A program made the translations under genes and the position numbers. A DNA stretch of 28,311 bases from a virus. Lineage: Duplodnaviria > Caudoviricetes. The stretch spans positions 1 through 28,311 of IMG/VR virus record IMGVR_UViG_3300028388_000664. The stretch is one strand, 5' to 3'. The notes under the pieces are model-generated. The model was given only the letters and a program-made list of their open reading frames with translations, searched no databases and had not been told where the DNA came from. Positions 7,602 to 15,965 of this stretch are shown in pieces; the first letter of the stretch is position 1; each line of letters opens with the position of its first letter.

Positions 7602-8412
7602 GGAAGTTTTTGGGACAACTCAGAACGCTGCTGATCAAGCATTGCAGTGGACAATGACAGAGGTTCTTCCTCAGCAGGCAGGACTAACTGTCAGCAATGT
7701 CATCTATCGTTATACCAGCATCAAGCAAACCGAAGATGATATGCTGGTTCATGTTCAGAACCAAAACGCTGAAGCATCTGGATTTATTTTCCGAGAGACC
7801 GACGATTGGTCTGGTATTCCTGGAAACACAATCAATAAGATTGTTCCTGTGAACAATATTCCAGGAGAACTGTGGGGCGATGGTTCTATTGAAGTTGAAG
7901 GTACAGGACAAGTCACAGACGCATCTGTAATCTATTCTTTTCAGTTTGAACCTTGTTTTGACCCCCAGTCCGATCCCTCCTGCCCTGGTTATCAAGATCC
8001 CTTTGATCTCATGCTAGAAGAGGTTAAAGTTTTTGATCCTATGGACGATAAGTTTATACAGGACGAACTTGATCGCAAGACAGTCATGGACGAGGAAGAT
8101 GAAGAGGACCGCCAGCGAAGAAAGATGATGGCAGAAGGTAAAAAAGAGGACAGACTCGAATCAATTCTAAGTATTGTCAACATTGCTCTTTTGGATGCCG
8201 AGGCACAGTCAAAAGCAGCAGAACTCCTCGCAATGAATTTTATCCCTCAAACCTATTATCAAAGCATCCCAGATAATAAATATGAGGAGAAAGTCGTATT
8301 GCCTGGAGGCGATATACCGGATAGCAGAAACGGAAGGAGGGTTGGTTTCGCGCAACAACTGCTTCATAAACAAATGGTAGATTCGCAGTATAATAACAAG
8401 GAGAACAAGTAA
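7519..8412 (+). CDS. Exported protein with beta-rich N-domain, CFDPQSDPSCPG motif and acidic/helical C-terminus
   Basis: Signal peptide RRSLAVLALLACSSYSYS-EE; start uncertain (7489/7519). Confidence 0.75.
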   Translation: MKKDWNRVLRRSLAVLALLACSSYSYSEEVFGTTQNAADQALQWTMTEVLPQQAGLTVSNVIYRYTSIKQTEDDMLVHVQNQNAEASGFIFRETDDWSGIPGNTINKIVPVNNIPGELWGDGSIEVEGTGQVTDASVIYSFQFEPCFDPQSDPSCPGYQDPFDLMLEEVKVFDPMDDKFIQDELDRKTVMDEEDEEDRQRRKMMAEGKKEDRLESILSIVNIALLDAEAQSKAAELLAMNFIPQTYYQSIPDNKYEEKVVLPGGDIPDSRNGRRVGFAQQLLHKQMVDSQYNNKENK

Positions 8413-8909
8413 TGTTCAAAAAATCCCTCGCTCTCGCAGCGGCAATTATTGGGATGAACGCAGCAGCAGAAGATGTAACCATCACAGGGACGGTGACTTC
8501 CAAGTGTGTGATTACTACAGATACTGTTGGGATCTATGGCAACCCTACGCCTAGCGAACTCAGCACTGCGCCAGCAGACGGTGGTGTTCTACCCATCGTT
8601 CGCTATGATGTGCTTCAGGCAAACTTCTACAAAGCACGTATCACTTATCCCGAGTCTTTCTCAGAGAGCCCTGCGCTTGATGATGTAGTAACATGGACAG
8701 GTGATGTGACTGTTGCAGAAGTTACTGATGCTGGTATGTCGGCATATGATACAAGCAAAGTAGAATTTGATAACGTAACAGAAGTTGATCTGACGATTGC
8801 AGGCAGCACTTGGTTTCAAGTTGCTTCTACTGCAGATTACGGTGTGACTAAGGCATTTCCTGCAGGTACGTACCGTGCAATTGTGAGTGCAGACTGCATC
8901 GCACTCTGA
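8412..8909 (+). CDS. Exported fimbrial/pilin-like (Ig-fold) protein
   Basis: Signal peptide ending AAA; VTITGTVTSKC N-terminal strand and FPAGTYRAIVSADC C-terminal strand resemble chaperone-usher/Csu pilin subunits; GGAG SD. Confidence 0.6.
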   Translation: MFKKSLALAAAIIGMNAAAEDVTITGTVTSKCVITTDTVGIYGNPTPSELSTAPADGGVLPIVRYDVLQANFYKARITYPESFSESPALDDVVTWTGDVTVAEVTDAGMSAYDTSKVEFDNVTEVDLTIAGSTWFQVASTADYGVTKAFPAGTYRAIVSADCIAL

Positions 8910-8916
8910 GGTAAAC

Positions 8917-9291
8917 ATGCGCTATATTATGATTGGAGTGATATTGTCCCTGTGTGGGCATGCAAGTGCCCACCAGTGGATACCTACCTATCCTAGGTTA
9001 GAACCCTCTTATGTTGAGGGAATATTGAAAGTAAGAATGGAACTATTTAATACGAGGAAGGACGTTAAATACTACGAAATCCTTGTTTATGATAATGAAT
9101 TTAATCCAGTTAAATTTGCAGTACAAGAAAGAATTATTGAAGTTAGATATTTGAAGCGAAAGAGTATTGAGGTATTCATTCGTGAAGAGGACAGAGATGT
9201 TGCTAGATATGTCTGTTCTAAATCTAAATTACTGAAGGGGACAGGGACTGCTACGTTAGTATCTTCCCGAATATGTTCTAAAATAAAATGA
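8917..9291 (+). CDS. Exported protein, possibly PapD/chaperone-like Ig fold
   Basis: GAGGT SD before ATG 8917; signal peptide ending ASA; beta-strand pattern with MELFN and a C-terminal Cys pair. Confidence 0.6.
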   Translation: MRYIMIGVILSLCGHASAHQWIPTYPRLEPSYVEGILKVRMELFNTRKDVKYYEILVYDNEFNPVKFAVQERIIEVRYLKRKSIEVFIREEDRDVARYVCSKSKLLKGTGTATLVSSRICSKIK

Positions 9292-9719
9292 AATTAATAT
9301 TATTGGTTTTGTTATTTGTATGTGGAAATGCGTTTGCTCAGAATAGTTTGAACTTGGCAATCCCGCAGAGTCCACAGAGTTTCCAGCAGGACAGAGTCCG
9401 TGCTGGTGACCTTGAATGTTCGGCAGCAATTGGTTCGTCAACAAATGTTGAGTTTGGTGTGGTTGGAATCTTGAATCAAAATGATCCCTATGGCGCCAAT
9501 AATCAATTCCTTATTGACCCTGCTACCGGACAGTATAGCACCAATGACTTCGTTCGGGATGTTGGTGTGTATGGTAGAATCACGGTGCCCATTGGAGCAC
9601 CAAAGGAGCGACTAAACTGTAACCTACTTTATAAATTGGAATTGCAAAGACGCAAACTTGAAGTGATGAAATTACAAGCTGAGATCGCACAGTTAAAGAG
9701 ATTAAAGTTTGAGGAATAA
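9288..9719 (+). CDS. Exported protein with C-terminal coiled coil
   Basis: Signal peptide ending AFA; Cys pair in the mature region; heptad-like C-terminus. Confidence 0.75.
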   Translation: MKLILLVLLFVCGNAFAQNSLNLAIPQSPQSFQQDRVRAGDLECSAAIGSSTNVEFGVVGILNQNDPYGANNQFLIDPATGQYSTNDFVRDVGVYGRITVPIGAPKERLNCNLLYKLELQRRKLEVMKLQAEIAQLKRLKFEE

Positions 9720-9721
9720 CC

Positions 9722-10267
9722 ATGTCCGAGAAAGACCTGGGCGAAGAATTAGAAAATATTGAAGAGAAGGTAGAGAACCTCAAGAAAACCAAGTTTACTC
9801 TATTTGGTCTTTCAATGACACCCACAACAATTAGCGCAGCATTTGCGTTAATTGCCACTGTACTTGGTTCGCTATATGGTGGATTTGAGACTTATAAAGC
9901 ATTCCAAGAAATAGCAGAGAAGTTAGAAGTATTAGATCTTGAAGCAATTGAAGCACGTAATGTTGCTATTGAACGTAAACTTGATGACGCTATTGATTAT
10001 ACTCGTGATATAAAAAACAGTCTCAAAGATGATATTATCCGAATTGAACAAGTAACCGAAAGAACAAGTAATAGAGTTAAAACGGTTCAAGACGAAATAG
10101 ACCAACGTTTAAGATTATTATCTGACATCAATAGAGAAACAGAAAAAGATGTCCGCGACACTATGCGTAATACCGAAAATCGCATTGATGATAAAATGGA
10201 TAAACTTGATGCTGATTTGAGAGAGACATTACAAAAAGCATTAGATAATCCTTTGGCAGATGGATAG
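9722..10267 (+). CDS. Membrane-anchored coiled-coil protein
   Basis: TM-like ISAAFALIATVLGSLYGGF followed by a long heptad-rich helix; GAGG SD. Confidence 0.8.
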   Translation: MSEKDLGEELENIEEKVENLKKTKFTLFGLSMTPTTISAAFALIATVLGSLYGGFETYKAFQEIAEKLEVLDLEAIEARNVAIERKLDDAIDYTRDIKNSLKDDIIRIEQVTERTSNRVKTVQDEIDQRLRLLSDINRETEKDVRDTMRNTENRIDDKMDKLDADLRETLQKALDNPLADG

Positions 10268-10391
10268 ACAAGAAGAATTAATATTACTTGAAAAGCGAAA
10301 AAAGATGTTTTATAATATGATTGATAAAGTGAGTATTGTAAGTATTATTCTTTCGGTATTGTATGTCTTTGTTCTATTCGCCACCTTATAG
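10260..10391 (+). CDS. Small membrane protein (43 aa, not in ORF track)
   Basis: MDRQEELILLEKRKKMFYNMIDKVSIVSIILSVLYVFVLFATL; overlaps the upstream stop. Confidence 0.5.
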   Translation: MDRQEELILLEKRKKMFYNMIDKVSIVSIILSVLYVFVLFATL

Positions 10392-10449
10392 GTTCTGGCT
10401 ATCGTCAGCGCCTTCTTCATAAGAAAAAACTATCAAAAAAGTTTTCCTG

Positions 10450-10495
10450 TAAAATCAATGACTTACGACTCATCCTCGCTAAGTTGTTGATTTTA
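10450..10495. repeat. Inverted repeat made of two IHF-consensus sites
   Basis: AATCAATGACTTA (10453-10465) and reverse-strand AATCAACAACTTA (10480-10492) both match WATCAANNNNTTR. Confidence 0.65.
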
Positions 10496-10510
10496 TGGGT
10501 AATTTAATTG

Positions 10511-10539
10511 TTGCTTTCACCACCGAGTTGCGAGATAAT
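10511..10539 (+). promoter_or_regulatory. Early sigma70-type promoter
   Basis: TTGCTT-17 nt-GATAAT upstream of a GAGGTG SD and ATG 10574. Confidence 0.55.
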
Positions 10540-10573
10540 ACTCCCATAGGTTGAGATGAGAGTGAGGTGACAA

Positions 10574-10714
10574 ATGCGAACCCTTGGTGATCTTTATAAC
10601 GAACTGATGTGCCTCTGCGAGATTCGCGGCGAACTTTCACCCGAAGACAATGCTCGTATCGAAGAACGCATCGCTGTAATTACTAATGAAATCAATGAGT
10701 TGGAAAACAACTAA
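10574..10714 (+). CDS. Small hypothetical early protein (46 aa, not in ORF track)
   Basis: MRTLGDLYNELMCLCEIRGELSPEDNARIEERIAVITNEINELENN; strong SD GAGGTG; TAATG coupling. Confidence 0.7.
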   Translation: MRTLGDLYNELMCLCEIRGELSPEDNARIEERIAVITNEINELENN

Positions 10715-11103
10715 TGCGTGAATATAACCTGATCGAAATACTCCGTAAGCATAAGCTTTGGCTTGCTGACGCTCCTGGCGGCGAACGGGCTGATCTGAGT
10801 GGTGCTACCCTGATTGGTGCTAATCTGTATGGCACTGACCTCCGTGAATCTAACCTGCGTGGTGCTGATCTGCTTGATGCCGACCTGCGCCATTCCAACA
10901 TGTATGGTGCCGACATGCGTGATGTTGATCTGCGCGGCGCCAAACTGTTTGGTTCCATACTCGGCAACTGGGTTTGCACGGACGATTTGCACGACTATCA
11001 GTGGAGGCAGGATTCCCAATCCTTGGACTTTGAGGAGTATCAAGACCTGCCCTGGGGTGGAGATGACATGTTCGAGACCTGCTCGTATGCGGAGGACTTT
11101 TAA
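10714..11103 (+). CDS. Pentapeptide-repeat protein
   Basis: Tandem A(D/N)LxG-type repeats: ADLSG ATLIG ANLYG TDLRE SNLRG ADLLD ADLRH... Confidence 0.88.
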   Translation: MREYNLIEILRKHKLWLADAPGGERADLSGATLIGANLYGTDLRESNLRGADLLDADLRHSNMYGADMRDVDLRGAKLFGSILGNWVCTDDLHDYQWRQDSQSLDFEEYQDLPWGGDDMFETCSYAEDF

Positions 11104-11237
11104 TGGTCACTGATTCTGAAGTCCAGCGCCTATACAAACTTTCGGATGGCGATAAGGATATGTTCCTTACAATGCTCGCTCTGCGTTACCCTCTCGTTGG
11201 GGAAGAGTACCTGGTAGAAATTGTAAATTCATTTTAA
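11103..11237 (+). CDS. Small hypothetical protein (44 aa, not in ORF track)
   Basis: GGAGG SD; TAATG coupling; MVTDSEVQRLYKL...IVNSF. Confidence 0.6.
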   Translation: MVTDSEVQRLYKLSDGDKDMFLTMLALRYPLVGEEYLVEIVNSF

Positions 11238-11245
11238 AAAAACTG

Positions 11246-11274
11246 TTGACACTTGTTCTGATTTCAAGTATACT
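11246..11274 (+). promoter_or_regulatory. Early sigma70-type promoter
   Basis: TTGACA-17 nt-TATACT preceded by an A-tract UP-like element. Confidence 0.8.
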
Positions 11275-11308
11275 TACGTTCTAAATTAAATTTTTGAGGA
11301 AATATATT

Positions 11309-12286
11309 ATGGCACACATGGTTGAAACGATGGCATACGCTGGCGAAACTCCTTGGCACGGTCTCGGAGTCGCTGTTTCCAATGACCTCACTCCGCAACA
11401 AATGATGCAGAAAGCTGGTCTCGACTGGACGGTTGAGAAGCACGATTCCTTTGTTATCATTAACGATGGTTTCGGTGGAGTGAAGCACGTTCCTACTGGA
11501 CAGCAAGCACTCGTGCGTTCTTCGGACAAAAAAGTCCTGACGAACGTTGGAGAGGGTTGGAATCCTGTGCAGAACGAGGAGGCATTCTCCTTCTTCAATG
11601 AGTTCGTCCTTGCAGGCGACATGGAGATGCACACTGCAGGTTCCCTTAAGGATGGCAAAATGGTTTGGGCACTCGCCAAGATCAAGGAATCGTTCGATGT
11701 CCTTCAAGGTGACCAAGTCGACTCTTACCTCCTGTTCTCGAATCCTCATCAGTATGGCAAGTCCATCGATGTTCGATTCACTCCGGTCCGTGTTGTCTGC
11801 AACAACACTCTGACCTTCTCGCTCGACCAGAAGGTGGTCAACTCCGTGACGATGAGTCATCGTAGTGAGTTTGATCCCTCCAAAGTCAAGGAGATGATGG
11901 GTCTTGCTCATGAAAAGTTCGACAAGTTCCGTGAGATGTCAGAGTTCCTGTCTGCCAAACAATTCAGCATGGACTCTCTTATTCAGTACTACAACGAAGT
12001 CTTTCCTCGCCAATTCATCGGCAAGAAAGGCAAAGGTGCTACTGTTCAGTCCTATGAGGATCTGACTTCCAACGCCAAGAAGGCATTCGAAGTCCTGGAG
12101 ACTCAACCCGGAGCAGAGTTCGGTAAGGGTACGTGGTGGCAGGCATTCAACTCTGTTACCTACCTGACCGACCATGTGATGGGTCGCGACACCGACACTC
12201 GTCTTGCCTCTGCGTGGTACGGTAATAACCAGGCACGTAAGATCAAGGCAGCAGAGAAGGCAGTCGAGTTCGCGCTCGCTGCCTAA
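11309..12286 (+). CDS. DUF932/TIGR03299-like phage/plasmid protein
   Basis: MAHMVETMAYAGETPWHGLG, AGLDW, VQNEEAF, TAGSL, TPVRVVCNNTL, GTWWQAFNSVT motifs; GAGG SD before ATG 11309. Confidence 0.88.
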   Translation: MAHMVETMAYAGETPWHGLGVAVSNDLTPQQMMQKAGLDWTVEKHDSFVIINDGFGGVKHVPTGQQALVRSSDKKVLTNVGEGWNPVQNEEAFSFFNEFVLAGDMEMHTAGSLKDGKMVWALAKIKESFDVLQGDQVDSYLLFSNPHQYGKSIDVRFTPVRVVCNNTLTFSLDQKVVNSVTMSHRSEFDPSKVKEMMGLAHEKFDKFREMSEFLSAKQFSMDSLIQYYNEVFPRQFIGKKGKGATVQSYEDLTSNAKKAFEVLETQPGAEFGKGTWWQAFNSVTYLTDHVMGRDTDTRLASAWYGNNQARKIKAAEKAVEFALAA

Positions 12287-12295
12287 AGGATATAT

Positions 12296-12466
12296 ATGAC
12301 TTCCTTTGAAGAGTGGTTCTATAATCCAGTCACGCCAGGGGGCAAGAGTTCCCTGGCAGATTGGTTCAATGAAGAGTTTGAAGAACTTTCCGAAGAGACT
12401 CGGAATCGTCTCCGAGACACTTGGATGAAGTTCTCATATAACGCTGGTATGGAGAATAAAAAATGA
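12296..12466 (+). CDS. Small hypothetical protein (56 aa, not in ORF track)
   Basis: AGGA SD; MTSFEEWFYNP...GMENKK; ATGA overlap with the peroxiredoxin gene. Confidence 0.65.
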   Translation: MTSFEEWFYNPVTPGGKSSLADWFNEEFEELSEETRNRLRDTWMKFSYNAGMENKK

Positions 12467-13011
12467 ATCGTGGTGTAACCCTTCCTGTTGTACAGTTTAA
12501 GACCAGGGTCCGAGATGACAGCATCAGTGGACCGAATCCTTTCCGCTGGGAATACTTCTCTTCTGAGAAGGTATTCGGTTCCCAAAAGAACCCCCGCCGT
12601 GTGGTTGTCTTCTCGCTCCCTGGCGCCTTTACTCCGACTTGCTCAACCTTTCAGTTGCCTGGATTTGAGAAGGCAATCGGTGATGGTGAGTTTGAGAAGT
12701 TCGGTATTGACGATGTCTACTGCCTCTCTGTGAACGACTCTTTTGTCATGAACGCATGGGCAAAGCAGCAAGAACTTCAGCATGTCAAGGTGCTGCCTGA
12801 TGGTTCGGGTGAGTTTACTCGGAGGATGGGCATGCTGGTAGACAAGAGCAACCTTGGATTCGGGATGCGCTCCTGGCGCTATGCAATGGTTGTCCGCGAT
12901 GGAGTAATTGAAGCATTCCTGCCTGAAAAAGGGTTCGTGGATAACTGTGACCATGACCCCTATGGCGTTTCTTCTCCGGAGAATGTCCTCAAGGTTCTGG
13001 AGCAACTGTGA
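12463..13011 (+). CDS. Peroxiredoxin, Prx5/type II
   Basis: LPGAFTPTCS peroxidatic motif, SVNDSFVM, RSWRY. Confidence 0.92.
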   Translation: MNRGVTLPVVQFKTRVRDDSISGPNPFRWEYFSSEKVFGSQKNPRRVVVFSLPGAFTPTCSTFQLPGFEKAIGDGEFEKFGIDDVYCLSVNDSFVMNAWAKQQELQHVKVLPDGSGEFTRRMGMLVDKSNLGFGMRSWRYAMVVRDGVIEAFLPEKGFVDNCDHDPYGVSSPENVLKVLEQL

Positions 13012-13229
13012 ACGAATACCACTGGGAGAAACTGAGCGAGAACAAATACAAACTTCACATGGAGATTGATATGTTCAAAAACCATCGGATCAACGAGACC
13101 AATGGTAAGATAAAATGGTTTGATCCCGGTGGTGGTCCTGTGATTTGCTTGGGACGTATCGTAGAGAAAAATAGATACATTACCAAGATTGAAATCGCAA
13201 ATGAAGAAATTATTGTAGAAGTGAAATAA
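13008..13229 (+). CDS. Hypothetical protein
   Basis: GTGA overlap with the upstream stop; GGAG SD; FDPGGGP motif. Confidence 0.65.
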   Translation: MNEYHWEKLSENKYKLHMEIDMFKNHRINETNGKIKWFDPGGGPVICLGRIVEKNRYITKIEIANEEIIVEVK

Positions 13230-13231
13230 CT

Positions 13232-13909
13232 ATGTTTGAACATGTCGAAGTAGAATTGCATGAGATGGAAGCAGTCACGACTGAAGAGGGTCGAGTCTAC
13301 AAAACTCCAGAGGGGATCAACCTTCCTTCAATCACGACCGTCCTCTCCATCCTGAGTCGCGATTCTATCGAGGCATGGAAGAAAAAGGTAGGAATTGATG
13401 AAGCAAACAAGATCTCTCACCGTGCTGCCACTCGTGGCACTGCGGTGCATGAGATCATTGAGAAATATCTCGACAACAAAGAGGACTACCGAGATGGCTA
13501 CACTCCTGATATCATTGAGTCTTTTATTGCTCTCAAGCCTATACTTGATGGAAAAATTGGCAGAATCTTTGCTCAAGAAGCACCCCTTTATTCCAATCAC
13601 CTTGGCGTCGCTGGTCGTGTTGACTGCGTTGCTGAGTTTGATGGCAAACTCTCCATAATTGACTTCAAGACTTCACGTAAACCAAAGCGTAAGAATTATA
13701 TTCAAAACTACTTTATGCAGGAAGCAGCATATTCAATCATGTGGGAGGAGCGGACAGGAATGCCAATTGTCCAACTCGTGACCATCATTGCTGTTGACCA
13801 ACACGAACCTCAAGTGTTTGTCGAGCACAGAGACAACTGGGTTCGTCCTCTCCGCGACACCATTGATCAATACAACCAAGAGAATACTTCAAGTTCCTTT
13901 TTGATATAA
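13232..13909 (+). CDS. PD-(D/E)XK (RecB/Cas4-like) exonuclease
   Basis: PSITTVL, RGTAVH, E-AGRVD-IIDFKTS and Q..AY motifs. Confidence 0.88.
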   Translation: MFEHVEVELHEMEAVTTEEGRVYKTPEGINLPSITTVLSILSRDSIEAWKKKVGIDEANKISHRAATRGTAVHEIIEKYLDNKEDYRDGYTPDIIESFIALKPILDGKIGRIFAQEAPLYSNHLGVAGRVDCVAEFDGKLSIIDFKTSRKPKRKNYIQNYFMQEAAYSIMWEERTGMPIVQLVTIIAVDQHEPQVFVEHRDNWVRPLRDTIDQYNQENTSSSFLI

Positions 13910-13912
13910 ATA
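13905..13912 (+). promoter_or_regulatory. T4-type late promoter
   Basis: Exact TATAAATA upstream of ATG 13944. Confidence 0.75.
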
Positions 13913-13943
13913 GTTTGGTATTTAATCTATATGGGAACCTTCG

Positions 13944-15242
13944 ATGAAATCTTTTGCATCTTTTTTGTTAGAGACAAGTCTAACCTTTGGCGAACTGGTA
14001 AGAGATGATCGCGCATTTCGCGTTGACATTTTTCTTCGCAAGTACAAAGGTGGAGAGCAATTTGAGTTAAATGATGGATCAAAAGTCATCTTCAAGTATA
14101 ACCCAGAGATTGAAAAGGCAGTAAAGGCAAAAGATTCCAAAACTGCCAGTAAGATTGGTCTAGAAACAACAGAAGGAAAGAAAATTTCTTTCGGATCCCT
14201 CAAGAAAACCGAAGAGTTTGGAGGTGGTCGTGGTTCTGGTGGTGGATCAGATAACACAAGAGCAACCGAATCTGCTCAGTGCGTTTACCTTCAAGCAATC
14301 TGGGATAGTCCCAACACAGATTTCTCTCCTGCCGCAATTACAAATGCCTTCAAGAAAACTCACACCGACTCCAACCTCGAAGAAGTTCTAAACATAGACG
14401 AAGATTGGGTCAATTCCTCTATCAATGCTGCTCGAATTATTCACAAGGCACTTGGTAAAAAGACTTATTCTTTTCACAGAGGATCTTCTTGGGTCGATGC
14501 TCTTGAGAACAAATTTAAAGAACTGAATAGAAAAGAGAAAGCATTCTCAAACGTCAACAAGTGGACTCCTGCTGACATCTGGATGGTCGCAAAGGGTGCA
14601 GAAGGTAGATATGACATCCAAGATGCAGAGTCTCTTCAGTACCTCAACAACGAACTTCTGAAAGCATATACAAATCGCGATATCATTGGTGTTTCTCTGA
14701 AGAAGATCGGAAAGAAACCAAGAATTACTCAAGTCAATTACAAGAAACCATTCAAAGCACCGAAGTTTAGTAAAGTTTCCTACGGATTGAAAGACTACTT
14801 CGCTTCGAAGGATGGATATATTTTCTTCGGTGATGGTGGAAGAATGCAGTTTAGAACTTACCCGACCTTCCAATGTGAGATCATTGGTAAGGATGCCAAG
14901 CATGGAAAGGTGAGTCATGGTGGGATTGACTCTGCACTGTATGCTACTACAAGAGACAAAACTGAAGATAGAAGAAAACTTGAAACTATGATCAAGAAAG
15001 ACCGCGAAGGATTCTTGAAGAAATTCTATGGATTCTATAGTGGTGCTGTTGACAAACCAGTAGACTACGATAAATTTGTCGAAAATCTAAAGGGTAAAAA
15101 TGTTGAATGGTTGGTTTCTAAATATTATGTGACTTCAATCTTTGTGATGATTCGAGGTAAAGAACAACAATTCATGGAGTATCTCTATCGAGTTGCCAAG
15201 TCTCAATCAAAACTTTCTGCGGTTCACTTAAAGGTAATGTAA
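13944..15242 (+). CDS. Putative head-internal protein with a PD-(D/E)XK-like nuclease domain
   Basis: N-terminus MKSFASFLLE (capsid-targeting-like); ATESAQC...TPADIW...IGVSLKK resembles a restriction-endonuclease-fold active site. Confidence 0.55.
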   Translation: MKSFASFLLETSLTFGELVRDDRAFRVDIFLRKYKGGEQFELNDGSKVIFKYNPEIEKAVKAKDSKTASKIGLETTEGKKISFGSLKKTEEFGGGRGSGGGSDNTRATESAQCVYLQAIWDSPNTDFSPAAITNAFKKTHTDSNLEEVLNIDEDWVNSSINAARIIHKALGKKTYSFHRGSSWVDALENKFKELNRKEKAFSNVNKWTPADIWMVAKGAEGRYDIQDAESLQYLNNELLKAYTNRDIIGVSLKKIGKKPRITQVNYKKPFKAPKFSKVSYGLKDYFASKDGYIFFGDGGRMQFRTYPTFQCEIIGKDAKHGKVSHGGIDSALYATTRDKTEDRRKLETMIKKDREGFLKKFYGFYSGAVDKPVDYDKFVENLKGKNVEWLVSKYYVTSIFVMIRGKEQQFMEYLYRVAKSQSKLSAVHLKVM

Positions 15243-15243
15243 C

Positions 15244-15963
15244 ATGGCAAAATCACATTATTTAGAAGGACACGTTGGACTTGACATAGCACGTGGTCTT
15301 GTTGTTAATACAACATCGGAACATAAGTTCGGGGCTGTTCCTGCAATGTCTCAGAACCAGACTGGCACTATATGGGATGTCAACGACACACTCTACCCTT
15401 GGTCTGCTTGGGATACCGCAGGCGTTCTTGTTGCGGCACAGGCAAACGCATCTGACAACGGCAAAACTGTTGTTGTGTTAGGACTTGATGCAGACTTCAA
15501 TGAGGTGAGTGAGACTTTTACTTTATCTAGTTCTGGTACAGTGACGGGTGCGGTCACATTCAAACGTGCTTATCGTGCGTATATGACAGACGGTAATAAT
15601 GTAGGGAATGTTTCATTCAGTCGTGGTGGTACAGAGATTCTTCGTATCACAGCAACTAAAGCACAAACACTCATGGCAATCTATACTGTTCCTGCGGGTT
15701 ACACTGCCTATGTGATGCAAGGTACAATGTCGGTACAATCGGGCGCAGATGCAACTGGTAATATGTTTGTTCGTTATTCAGGTCAGAACGTGTTTAGGAT
15801 AGGACACACATTCGAAGTCTCTGGTGCTGGTGGTCAATATATGTACGATTTTGCTGTCCCTATCGCAATACCTGCAAAGTCAGATATCGATGTACGTGCG
15901 ACAGTGCGTTCAAACAATGCCCGAGTAACTTCCGCATTCGATATGATTTTGATTAGGAATTAA
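15244..15963 (+). CDS. Hypothetical beta-rich protein, probably virion-associated
   Basis: 239-aa G/T/A/V-rich ORF within the late operon. Confidence 0.65.
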   Translation: MAKSHYLEGHVGLDIARGLVVNTTSEHKFGAVPAMSQNQTGTIWDVNDTLYPWSAWDTAGVLVAAQANASDNGKTVVVLGLDADFNEVSETFTLSSSGTVTGAVTFKRAYRAYMTDGNNVGNVSFSRGGTEILRITATKAQTLMAIYTVPAGYTAYVMQGTMSVQSGADATGNMFVRYSGQNVFRIGHTFEVSGAGGQYMYDFAVPIAIPAKSDIDVRATVRSNNARVTSAFDMILIRN

Positions 15964-15965
15964 TA

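Noticed and set aside
9722-10267. Canonical i-spanin/o-spanin pair
   Set aside because: TM plus coiled coil fits an i-spanin, but no clear lipoprotein partner or endolysin is adjacent; not supportable
10288-10316. TTGAAA-17-TATAAT promoter
   Set aside because: Correct spacing, but it sits in AT-rich probable coding sequence with no gene start close downstream; left uncalled
13232-13909. CRISPR-Cas locus suggested by the Cas4-like nuclease
   Set aside because: No repeat-spacer array or other cas genes seen; lacks the Cas4 Fe-S cysteine cluster; typical stand-alone phage exonuclease
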